DNA of 63,356 nt, the filler included, from Thermodesulfobacteriota bacterium (lineage in GTDB: Bacteria > DASVDK01), in the NCBI GenBank assembly GCA_036381125.1. It is 6 parts of 6 records of this genome, joined end to end, with 100 filler letters (N's around TTAATTAATTAA, not from the genome) between each part and the next. Parts side by side here need not be neighbours in the genome. Positions count along the whole stretch, not along the records: positions 13,915 to 41,488 come from DASVDK010000332.1; 5 more parts are not named here. One strand, given 5' to 3'. A program made the translations under genes and the position numbers. Positions within the stretch are counted from its first letter, which is position 1. Every line of letters begins with the position of its first letter. Shown here one piece after another: positions 30,064 through 37,811 of the stretch. Under the pieces are notes generated by a model. That model did not search any database and was not told the DNA's origin. It was given only the letters and a program-made list of their open reading frames with translations.

Positions 30064-30914
30064 TCCCCGGCATCCCCACCCCGCGCGCCGTACGGGTCCT
30101 CCACGGCGCCTACGTGGCGGCCTTCTTCGTCTACCTCTTCGCGCCGCTCGCGGTCGTCGCGGCGCTCGCCTTCAACGACAGCCTCTTCCCCGCCCTGCCG
30201 TGGGAGGGGTTCACGCTCGACTGGTTCCTCGCCTCCGGCCCCCGGCGCGTCGGGCTCCTCCACGACCGCGAGCTCCTGCGCGGCATGGCGACGTCCGTGC
30301 AGGTGGCGCTCTGCGTGTCGCTCTCGTCGGTCGCCGTCGGCACGACCAACGCGTTCCTCTTCGAGCAGGAGGCCTTTCCGTTCAAGGGCGCGCTCTACAC
30401 GCTCGCGCTCACGCCGCTCGTCATCCCCGGGGTGATCCTCGGCATCTCGATCCTCGTCTTCTCGAGCACCATCGCCAACGCCCTCGAGGCGGCGGCCGGC
30501 ATCGAGGTCGAGTCGCTCCGGCCGAGCCTCGTCCTCGTCGTCCTCGGCCAGTTCTCGTTCATCACGACGCTGACGACGCTGGTCCTCACCGCGCGCCTGC
30601 GGAAGTTCGACCGCGGCCTCGAGGAGGCGGCCCGCACGCTCGGCGCGACGCGGCCGGCCGCCATCGTCACGATCACGCTCCGCTTCCTCCGCCCCGCGGC
30701 CGTGGCGGCGGGGGCCCTCGCGTTCCTCATGTCGTTCGAGAACTTCAACACGACGCTCTTCCTGGTCGGCTCCGACGCCACGCTGCCGATCACCATGTTC
30801 GTGAGCCTCAGGGACGGCTCGACCCCGGTGATCAACGCGGTCAGCGTCGTCCTGATGGTGGCGTCGGCAACGACCGGGCTCGCGGGGCTCGCCGCCGGCT
30901 CCCGCCGCCGGTGA
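30060..30914 (+). CDS. potC: polyamine ABC permease (PotC-like)
   Basis: GFTLDWF, LEEAARTLGA, SFENF, TPVINA; GTGA overlap. Confidence 0.85.
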   Translation: MIPGIPTPRAVRVLHGAYVAAFFVYLFAPLAVVAALAFNDSLFPALPWEGFTLDWFLASGPRRVGLLHDRELLRGMATSVQVALCVSLSSVAVGTTNAFLFEQEAFPFKGALYTLALTPLVIPGVILGISILVFSSTIANALEAAAGIEVESLRPSLVLVVLGQFSFITTLTTLVLTARLRKFDRGLEEAARTLGATRPAAIVTITLRFLRPAAVAAGALAFLMSFENFNTTLFLVGSDATLPITMFVSLRDGSTPVINAVSVVLMVASATTGLAGLAAGSRRR

Positions 30915-30927
30915 CGTTTTTTCGACC

Positions 30928-30957
30928 TTGACGGCCGTTTCAGGCGACGGATAGACT
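30928..30957 (+). promoter_or_regulatory. putative sigma70 promoter
   Basis: TTGACG-N18-TAGACT. Confidence 0.5.
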
Positions 30958-30991
30958 CGAAATGCCGTTACGCGGGGAGGAGGATCCTTTC

Positions 30992-31300
30992 ATGGACGGG
31001 AGCGCGCGGCTCGAGGCGCTGGAGGCCCGAATCGAGAAGGTCGAGGCGAACCATCAGCAGCTCTACGAGGTCATGACCTCGGTGGAGAAGGCCCTCCGGA
31101 ACCTCATCGCCGACCGGAAGGCGAAGGCGGAGTTCGACAAGAACATCAGCAACATCCTCAAGATGATCGGCGTGGTCCTCGCCAAGATGCAGACCGACCT
31201 CACCGGCCTCATGGAAGCGCGCGAGAAGGAGCGCGCCCAGGACGAGCGCCGGCAGCGGGCCGAGCGGCTGGAGCCTCGCGGCAAGACCACCCTGCACTAG
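30992..31300 (+). CDS. hypothetical coiled-coil protein
   Basis: GGAGGAGG RBS, high-GC3 codon usage, heptad-like sequence ending KTTLH. Confidence 0.75.
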   Translation: MDGSARLEALEARIEKVEANHQQLYEVMTSVEKALRNLIADRKAKAEFDKNISNILKMIGVVLAKMQTDLTGLMEAREKERAQDERRQRAERLEPRGKTTLH

Positions 31301-31402
31301 CCACCGCGCGCCTCTCGGGGCGTCCGCCGACAGGCTCGGGCCCAGGCCCCCCGAGCGGGCCCGAAGCCCCGCAAGGCGTGTCATCCGCGCTACGATTGCG
31401 CC

Positions 31403-32206
31403 GTGGCGCCTCCGGCACGCACGATCATCACCTTCACGACCGACTTCGGTCTCGTGGACGGCTGGGTGGCGGCCATGAAAGGGGTCGTCCTCTCGCTCGC
31501 ACCCGACGCCCAGCTCGTCGACGTGACACACGCCGTGCCGCCGCAGGACGTGCGGGCCGGCGCCTTCGTCCTCGGCACCACCTGGTCCGCCTTCCCCGCC
31601 GGCACGATCCACGTGGCGGTCGTCGACCCTGGCGTCGGCACCGGGCGACGGGGGCTGGCGCTCGAGATGCAGGGACACCGGTTCGTCGGGCCCGACAACG
31701 GCCTCTTCACCTTCCCGCTCCGGATGGCCGAGGCCGCGGGCGCGCCGGTGCGGGCCGTCTCGCTCGATCGCCCCGAGTTCCACGCCGCCGAGGTCAGCGC
31801 CACGTTCCACGGCCGCGACGTGTTCGCGCCGGTGGCCGGTCACCTGGCCGCCGGGCGGGCGCTCGGCGAGCTGGGCTCGGCGATCGACCCCCGGTCGCTC
31901 GTGCGTCTCGGCGTCCAGGCGGCCGGGGCGCGAGGCGAGGTGCTGCACGTGGACCGCTTCGGCAACCTCATCACGAGCCTCGCCCCGCCTCGGACGCCGG
32001 CGCGCGTGCGGCTGCCGGGGGCCGGCCCCGCGGCGGCGGCGCTCCGCCTGGTGCGCACCTTCGCCGACGTCCCGCCGGGCGAGGCCGCGGCCCTCGTCGG
32101 CAGCTCCGGGCTCGTCGAGATCGTCGTGAACCAGGGGCACGCGGCCCAGCGCTTCGCCGCCCGCCGCGGCGATCCCGTTGAGCTGGTGCCGGAGGCGCCG
32201 GCGTGA
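31403..32206 (+). CDS. SAM hydroxide adenosyltransferase / chlorinase-fluorinase (DUF62) family
   Basis: TTDFG, VVDPGVGT, GPDNG, SATFHGRDVFAP, DRFGN. Confidence 0.92.
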   Translation: MAPPARTIITFTTDFGLVDGWVAAMKGVVLSLAPDAQLVDVTHAVPPQDVRAGAFVLGTTWSAFPAGTIHVAVVDPGVGTGRRGLALEMQGHRFVGPDNGLFTFPLRMAEAAGAPVRAVSLDRPEFHAAEVSATFHGRDVFAPVAGHLAAGRALGELGSAIDPRSLVRLGVQAAGARGEVLHVDRFGNLITSLAPPRTPARVRLPGAGPAAAALRLVRTFADVPPGEAAALVGSSGLVEIVVNQGHAAQRFAARRGDPVELVPEAPA

Positions 32207-32943
32207 GCCCTCGCGCCCTCGCGGTCCTCGTTGCCGAGGTCGCCGTGACGCTGGTGCTCGCGGCCGCGGCGACGCTCCTGCTCCTCGTGCCGGGGACGGT
32301 GCCGCTCGTGGACCGGACGCTCGTGCCGCTCTGGGCGACGCTCGTCCTGCGGCTCGCCGGCGTGCGATTCACCGCGACGCGTGCGGCCGAGCTGCCCGCC
32401 GGTCCGGTGGTCTTCGCCGCCAACCACCGCAGCCACTTCGACATCCCGGTCCTCTGGCTCGCCCTCGGCCGGCCCTTTCGCTTCGTCGCCAAGCGGGAGC
32501 TTGCGCGCATCCCGTTCTTCGGATGGGCGCTGCGCCTGCTCGGCCACGTGATCGTCGACCGGGGCGACAGCGCGGCGGCGCAGGCCACGATGGCGCGCGC
32601 GGTCGACCGGGTGCGCGGCGGCGTCTCGGTGCTCGTCTTCCCGGAGGGGACCCGGGGCGAGCCCTCGCGGTTCGCGCACGAGCCGGTCGCCCCCTTCAAG
32701 AAGGGGGGCATCATCCTCGCCATCCAGGCGGGCGTGCCGATCGTACCGGTGGCGATCGCCGGCACGGAGCGGATCCTGCCGAAGCACGCCATCGCCATCC
32801 GGCCGGGCGAGGTGCGGGTCGCGATCGGGAAGCCCATCCCCACGACCGGCCTCACCGAGGCGGACCGCACCCGGCTCACCGAGGAGGTGCGCGCCGCCAT
32901 CGCCGCCGCCCTCGATCCGGCGTCGGCGGGGGTCGGCGGATGA
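32203..32943 (+). CDS. plsC: 1-acyl-sn-glycerol-3-phosphate acyltransferase
   Basis: NHRSHFD, AKREL, FPEGTR. Confidence 0.88.
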   Translation: MSPRALAVLVAEVAVTLVLAAAATLLLLVPGTVPLVDRTLVPLWATLVLRLAGVRFTATRAAELPAGPVVFAANHRSHFDIPVLWLALGRPFRFVAKRELARIPFFGWALRLLGHVIVDRGDSAAAQATMARAVDRVRGGVSVLVFPEGTRGEPSRFAHEPVAPFKKGGIILAIQAGVPIVPVAIAGTERILPKHAIAIRPGEVRVAIGKPIPTTGLTEADRTRLTEEVRAAIAAALDPASAGVGG

Positions 32944-33245
32944 GCCGACGCGGCTCCCGGGCCGAGCTGCCGGTCGAGGTCGAGATCCTCAAGGAGAAGG
33001 CCAGCGCGCTCGGTCGGGTGGGCGAGCGTCTCGACGGGTCGCTGGCGCGACTGGCCGACCTGGCGGCCCGGATCGCCGAGGCCGGCCCGGACGCCAGGGC
33101 CGCGCTCGTCGACGAGTACCGCGCGGAGCGGGCGCGGGCGCGCGAGTTGCGGTACTACCTCGTGGTCCAGCGCGAGGCGCTCGGCCTGCGGCGCCACGCG
33201 GACGTGGACCGCGCGTACCCGTTGCCGCCCGACATCCCCGAGTGA
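32940..33245 (+). CDS. hypothetical helical protein (DUF6665-like)
   Basis: ATGA overlap; EKASALGRVGERL..YLVVQREALGLR pattern. Confidence 0.7.
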   Translation: MSRRGSRAELPVEVEILKEKASALGRVGERLDGSLARLADLAARIAEAGPDARAALVDEYRAERARARELRYYLVVQREALGLRRHADVDRAYPLPPDIPE

Positions 33246-33258
33246 CCGAGGGCCCGTC

Positions 33259-33996
33259 ATGAGCACCAAGGTGTTGCTGGTCGACGACGTGAAGTTCTTC
33301 CTGGAGCTGGAGCGGTCGTTCCTCGACCGGGAGGGGTTCGAGGTCCTCGTGGCGGACAGCGGGCCGGCCGCGCTCGTGACGGCGCGCCAGGAGCGCCCCG
33401 ACCTCGTGCTCCTCGACCTCAACATGCCGGTGATGAGCGGCGACGAGGTCTGCCGCGCCCTCAAGCGCGACCCGCAGACCGGGCGGATCCCGGTGATCAT
33501 GGTCACGTCGGGGCAGAAGGAGGAGGACCTCGAGCGCTGCCGCGCCGCCGGCTGCGACGGCTTCCTGCGCAAGCCGCTCAACCAGATCGAGCTGCTCGAG
33601 ACGATCGGGCGGTTCCTCAAGGCCCAGGCCCGCGTGGCCCCACGGATCCCGGTTCGCGTTCCGGTGACGCTGGTCGTCCTCGGCAAGGACCGCGCGCCGG
33701 CCGGCGCCCCCGTCGAGGCGACCACGGTCGACGCGAGCACCGGGGGGCTCTACGTGGAGCTGCTCGAGCCGCCGGCGCTCGGGACGCCGGTCTCGGTGAC
33801 CTTCACGTTGCCGGAGTTCACCGCGCCGGTCCGCGCGCAGGCGGTGGTCGTGTGGGTGAACCGGCCCTTCGACAAGCTGAAGGGGACCGTCCCGGCAGGG
33901 ATGGGGCTCAGGTTCGTGGATCTGCCCCCCAGCGTCAAAGGGGTGCTCGAGCTGTTCGTGAGCCGCAGCCTCGCGGCCCGCAGGGGGAAGTCCTGA
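33259..33996 (+). CDS. response regulator with C-terminal PilZ domain
   Basis: receiver LVDD/LLDLNMP/KP; PilZ RxxxR (RVAPR) and DxSxxG (DASTGG). Confidence 0.88.
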   Translation: MSTKVLLVDDVKFFLELERSFLDREGFEVLVADSGPAALVTARQERPDLVLLDLNMPVMSGDEVCRALKRDPQTGRIPVIMVTSGQKEEDLERCRAAGCDGFLRKPLNQIELLETIGRFLKAQARVAPRIPVRVPVTLVVLGKDRAPAGAPVEATTVDASTGGLYVELLEPPALGTPVSVTFTLPEFTAPVRAQAVVVWVNRPFDKLKGTVPAGMGLRFVDLPPSVKGVLELFVSRSLAARRGKS

Positions 33997-34797
33997 ATGC
34001 GCATCCTGGTGAGCAACGACGACGGCATCAACTCCAAGGGCATCCGGCTCCTCGCCGCCGAGCTGCGAAAGCTCGGCGAGGTGACCGTCGTGGCCCCCGA
34101 CGCCGAGCGGAGCGCGGTCGGGCACGCCATCACGCTCTCCGATCCGCTCCGCGTGAAGGAGGTCCGGGAAGACGGGGAGCTCTTCGGGTACGCCGTCAAC
34201 GGCACCCCGGCCGACTGCGTGAAGATTGCCATCAACGCGCTCCTGCCCGAGCCGCCCGAGCTGGTGGTCTCCGGCGTGAACCTCGGCGCGAACGTGGCGA
34301 CCGACATCATCTACTCGGGGACCGTGTCGGCCGCCACCGAGGGGACCATCATGGGCGTGCCGTCCATCGCGGTCTCCCTCAACACCTTCGTGAACCCGGA
34401 CTTCCAGCCGGCCGCCCGCTTCGCCCGCCTCCTCGCCCAGGAGGTCCACACGCGCGGCCTGCCGCAGGGAACGCTCCTCAACGTCAACGTCCCGAACCTC
34501 CCGTGGGATCAGATCGTCGGCGTGGTGGTCGTGCGCCAGGGACGGAGCCGGTTCGTCGAGACCTTCCACAAGCGGATCGACCCCCGGAACAACACCTACT
34601 ACTGGCAGGCCGGCGAGATGGTCGTCATCGAGGAGGGCGAGGACGTCGACGTCGCCGCGCTCCGCGCGGGCAACATCACCGTCACGCCGATCCACTACGA
34701 CCTCACCAACTACGCCGAGCTCGAGAACCTCAAGCGGTGGAACCTCGGGGCCCTCGTCCACGGCGACGAGAAGGTCAAAAAATTGCGCACGCGGTAG
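33997..34797 (+). CDS. surE: 5'/3'-nucleotidase SurE
   Basis: SNDDG, GTPADCV, SGVNLGAN, YSGTVSAA. Confidence 0.96.
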   Translation: MRILVSNDDGINSKGIRLLAAELRKLGEVTVVAPDAERSAVGHAITLSDPLRVKEVREDGELFGYAVNGTPADCVKIAINALLPEPPELVVSGVNLGANVATDIIYSGTVSAATEGTIMGVPSIAVSLNTFVNPDFQPAARFARLLAQEVHTRGLPQGTLLNVNVPNLPWDQIVGVVVVRQGRSRFVETFHKRIDPRNNTYYWQAGEMVVIEEGEDVDVAALRAGNITVTPIHYDLTNYAELENLKRWNLGALVHGDEKVKKLRTR

Positions 34798-34806
34798 CTT
34801 TTTCTC

Positions 34807-34834
34807 TTGCGTCCGCGCGAGACCTCGTGATAAT
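34807..34834 (+). promoter_or_regulatory. putative promoter for the structured RNA/microprotein unit
   Basis: TTGCGT-N16-GATAAT just after the surE stop. Confidence 0.45.
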
Positions 34835-34839
34835 TCGAC

Positions 34840-35080
34840 GGACAGGGTAACGTTCGTGTCCCTCAACGCTCGATGTCGTAACCACACCGAGCATCGGACA
34901 CGGAAGGGACTCCAGAGCTGCTCGCACCCCGCAGCGTCGCCAGGTGAATGCGAAGGCGACCCGGGACAGCGCAACCCGAGGAGAGGCCTCGAGGCGAGCG
35001 GCGCCCAGGGTGACGTGGAGCGACGGGCACCCAGGGTTCGGTAGGCCTCTCGTGATGCAGATGTCGTCGGAGTTGTGGCC
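34840..35080 (+). ncRNA. candidate structured RNA / long 5' leader of unknown class
   Basis: six consecutive stems visible by eye plus loop-loop complementarity (see findings). Confidence 0.5.
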
Positions 35081-35097
35081 GAAAGGAGGTGATCGAC

Positions 35098-35175
35098 ATG
35101 CCGGCGAAGAAGTCCTCGGCCAAGAAGTCGACCGCGAAGAAGTCGACGGCCAAGAAGAGCACGAAGAAGAAGTAA
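35098..35175 (+). CDS. 25-aa Lys-rich histone H1-like microprotein MPAKKSSAKKSTAKKSTAKKSTKKK
   Basis: AAAGGAGGTGATC SD at 35082-35094; ATG..TAA; 15-nt repeats varying mainly at synonymous positions; absent from the ORF track. Confidence 0.8.
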   Translation: MPAKKSSAKKSTAKKSTAKKSTKKK

Positions 35176-35336
35176 TGCTCCTGGGGGCGGGGACCCCCGA
35201 ATCGTCGGCTCCCCCGGCACAGGCCGGCAGACGGGAGCCGCACCGGTCCCCGCCCCGACTTTCCCCCCGGACCCGACTCACTCCTGCGATGCTGCCGGAC
35301 GCCACACCCAGAGGGCCCGAGAGGCCCGAGCCCGAC

Positions 35337-36251
35337 ATGGTTCGCGTGCGTGTCCCTGCCTCGTCCGCCAACCTCGGCCCCGGGTTCGACGCCATCGGCC
35401 TCGCCCTCGGCCTGTTCAACACCATCGTCGCCGAGCGGGCGCCCGTCTGGGAGATCGACGGGGAGCGGGACGAGGCCCGTCTCGCGGCGCATCCGGCCTA
35501 CCGGGGCGCCCGGCGCGCCCTCGAGTGGCTCGAGGCGCGCGGCCTTCGCCCGCGCGGCGGGGGGCCGGCCCTTGCCATCCGCCAGCGCAACGAGATCCCG
35601 GCCGCTCGGGGCGGCCTCGGCAACAGCGCCACGGCCGTCGTCGGCGGCCTCGTCGCCGCCGGCTGCCTCGCCGGCCACCCCCTCTCCGACGCGGAGCTGC
35701 TCGACCTCGCGACCGAGGTCGAGGGCCACCCGGACAACGCCGCGGCCGCGGTCCTCGGCGGCTTCGTCGTGGCGGTGCGGACCGAGCGGGGGGTCGTCGC
35801 GCGGCGGCTGCCGCTCGTGAACCCGCCCCGTGTCGTCCTCGGCATCCCGGCCACGCAGGTCGACACGACGTGGGCGCGAGCCCGCCTGCCGGCGTCCGTC
35901 CCCTTCGCGGATGCCGCGTTCACGGTGAGCCGGGCCGTCCTGCTCGTGGCGGCCCTCGCCTCCGGCGATCACGCCTGTCTCGCGGCCGCCATGGAGGACC
36001 GCCTGCACACCCCCTACCGCTCGTCCCTGGTCCCCGGCCTCGACGCGGCCCTCGCCGCGGCGCGCGAGGCCGGCGCGCTCGGCGCGGCGATCTCCGGCTC
36101 CGGCCCCACGGTCATCGCCTTCGTCCCGCCAGGCTCCCCGGACCTCGAACGATCGATCGGCGGCGCGATGGCCGGTGCCTTCGGCCGCCATGGGCTCCCC
36201 TGCGAGGTCCGGGTCGTCGACATCGAGCCCACGGGCGCGACCGTCATCTGA
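35337..36251 (+). CDS. thrB: homoserine kinase
   Basis: VPASSANLGPGFD, IPAARGGLGNSA (GHMP motif), EGHPDN, ISGSGPT; alternative start at 35289. Confidence 0.93.
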   Translation: MVRVRVPASSANLGPGFDAIGLALGLFNTIVAERAPVWEIDGERDEARLAAHPAYRGARRALEWLEARGLRPRGGGPALAIRQRNEIPAARGGLGNSATAVVGGLVAAGCLAGHPLSDAELLDLATEVEGHPDNAAAAVLGGFVVAVRTERGVVARRLPLVNPPRVVLGIPATQVDTTWARARLPASVPFADAAFTVSRAVLLVAALASGDHACLAAAMEDRLHTPYRSSLVPGLDAALAAAREAGALGAAISGSGPTVIAFVPPGSPDLERSIGGAMAGAFGRHGLPCEVRVVDIEPTGATVI

Positions 36252-36318
36252 CCGCTCCCCTCCGCGGGCGGCTCACGCGGCCCGTGGCGCCCGCGGTGCG
36301 GCACGGCCCGCCGCGCGC

Positions 36319-36347
36319 TTGACTCGGCGCGCGGGGCCTGATAGACG
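36319..36347 (+). promoter_or_regulatory. putative promoter of a leaderless transcript
   Basis: TTGACT-N17-TAGACG, 7 nt before the ATG at 36355. Confidence 0.45.
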
Positions 36348-36354
36348 CCGGGCC

Positions 36355-37407
36355 ATGCGGCAGCGCGGCGAGGCCGTCCACCTCCTCGGCGATCTCATCA
36401 CGTTCACCATCAAGCGGGCCGACGTGCGGACCGCCAACCTCGCGATCGACCGCCTCGGCGATCGCCTGGAGGCGATCGCGCGGGATGACCTCCCACGGGC
36501 GTCCGGCTCGGCGGAGGTCTTCGCCGACGAGGTGGCCTACCACGCCGCGCACCTCGCGCGGGCCTGCCTCGAGGTGCGGGACGAGGAGAACCTCGAGGCG
36601 GTCGTGCGGATGGTGGAGCGGATCGCCGTGGCGCTCCTCGAGACCGGTCACGGGTCGGCGGCCGCACCGCTGGTGAGCCATCTCGTCTCGCTGGGTCGCG
36701 AGCTGGTCCGCCGGGCGGAGGGCGGCAGCCTCCTGGCGGTCGCCGCCGCGCTGGAGCGAGCGGGGCGCACGCTCGGCGACGACCCGGCCGCCCAACTGCT
36801 CGACCCGGTGGCCTCGGGGCTCGGCGTCCTCGGCGTGCTGGCCGCGGACCAGCGCTTCGAGGCCGATTCGCTCGACCCGACGGGCGGCACGGCGGCCGAC
36901 CCGGTGCGCGCGGTCCTCGAGGCGCTCGAGCGGCTCGCGCGCCTCGCGGTCGCACGCGGCCTCGAGGCCGGGGCCGCCGCCGCGCTCGCCGCCGTCTCGG
37001 CCGTGGGGCGCGCGATCGCCGGGAGCGCCGCGTCCGGCTCGGCGGGTCAGGCTGCCGCCGTCCTGCGGGGCGTGGCCGAAACCGCGGCCCTCGCGGGGCG
37101 TGCCGCGCCGGTGGCGGCGGCGCTCCCGGCGCTTGCCGACCTGGCCGAGGCGGGCCGGCGGCTCGACCGACCGGACGTCGTCGAGGCGGCGCTGCGGGCG
37201 CTCGCCGCGCTGGGCGAGACGCTCGAGACCCACGCGGTGACCCTCGGCGATGGGACGGACGGCGCCGCCGCGTGCGCGCGCCGCCTGCGGGAGGCGGGCG
37301 ACGGCTACGAGTACCTGGTCGCGCGCGCGCTGCGCGCGGCCGGGGAGGGGACCTTCCGTCGCCGGTTCCAGGGCGGCACGGCGCCGGCGGGGCCGCACGG
37401 CCGGTAG
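36355..37407 (+). CDS. hypothetical Ala/Leu-rich alpha-helical repeat protein
   Basis: coding-like codon usage; amphipathic helical repeats; no family recognised. Confidence 0.65.
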   Translation: MRQRGEAVHLLGDLITFTIKRADVRTANLAIDRLGDRLEAIARDDLPRASGSAEVFADEVAYHAAHLARACLEVRDEENLEAVVRMVERIAVALLETGHGSAAAPLVSHLVSLGRELVRRAEGGSLLAVAAALERAGRTLGDDPAAQLLDPVASGLGVLGVLAADQRFEADSLDPTGGTAADPVRAVLEALERLARLAVARGLEAGAAAALAAVSAVGRAIAGSAASGSAGQAAAVLRGVAETAALAGRAAPVAAALPALADLAEAGRRLDRPDVVEAALRALAALGETLETHAVTLGDGTDGAAACARRLREAGDGYEYLVARALRAAGEGTFRRRFQGGTAPAGPHGR

Positions 37408-37442
37408 CGCTACACTGACCGGGCGCACCCGGAGGGAGACTC

Positions 37443-37796
37443 ATGACGACCGCGCCCGCCGACTGCATCTTCTGCAAGATCGTCCGGAAGGAGATCCCCG
37501 CGACGGTGGTCCACGAGGACTCGCGGCTCCTCGCCTTCGAGGACATCCGCCCCCAGGCCCCGGTCCACCTCCTCGTCATCCCGAAGCGCCACGTGACGAG
37601 CCTCGACGACCTCACCGACGCCGACGCCGACCTGGTCGGCGCCATCGCCCTCCTCGGGGCCCGCCTCGCGCGCGAGCGCGGCGTGGCCGAGTCGGGCTAC
37701 CGGTTCCTCACCAACGTGAATCGCGACGGGGGCCAGGTGGTCTTCCACCTCCACTTCCACGTGATCGGGGGCCGGCGCCTCGGGCCGATGGCCTAG
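37443..37796 (+). CDS. hinT: histidine triad (HIT) nucleotide-binding protein
   Basis: DCIFCKI, PQAPVHLLVIPK, GQVVFHLHFHVIGG. Confidence 0.93.
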   Translation: MTTAPADCIFCKIVRKEIPATVVHEDSRLLAFEDIRPQAPVHLLVIPKRHVTSLDDLTDADADLVGAIALLGARLARERGVAESGYRFLTNVNRDGGQVVFHLHFHVIGGRRLGPMA

Positions 37797-37811
37797 CACG
37801 CGGAGGCCGCG

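Noticed and set aside
31403-32206. fluorinase/chlorinase of a halometabolite cluster
   Set aside because: Housekeeping context with no biosynthetic genes; the widespread SAM hydrolase is the likelier identity
34840-35080. lysine, cobalamin or c-di-GMP riboswitch assignment
   Set aside because: The conserved core nucleotides of these classes were not found by eye; the region is kept only as an unclassified candidate
35082-35094. GATCACCTCCTTT on the minus strand, identical to the 16S rRNA 3' end
   Set aside because: The flanking sequence does not resemble 16S rRNA; a plus-strand Shine-Dalgarno explains it better
34944-35336. 131-aa N-terminal extension of ThrB in the ORF track
   Set aside because: It overlaps the structured region and the microprotein in another frame; ThrB homology begins at MVRVRVPAS
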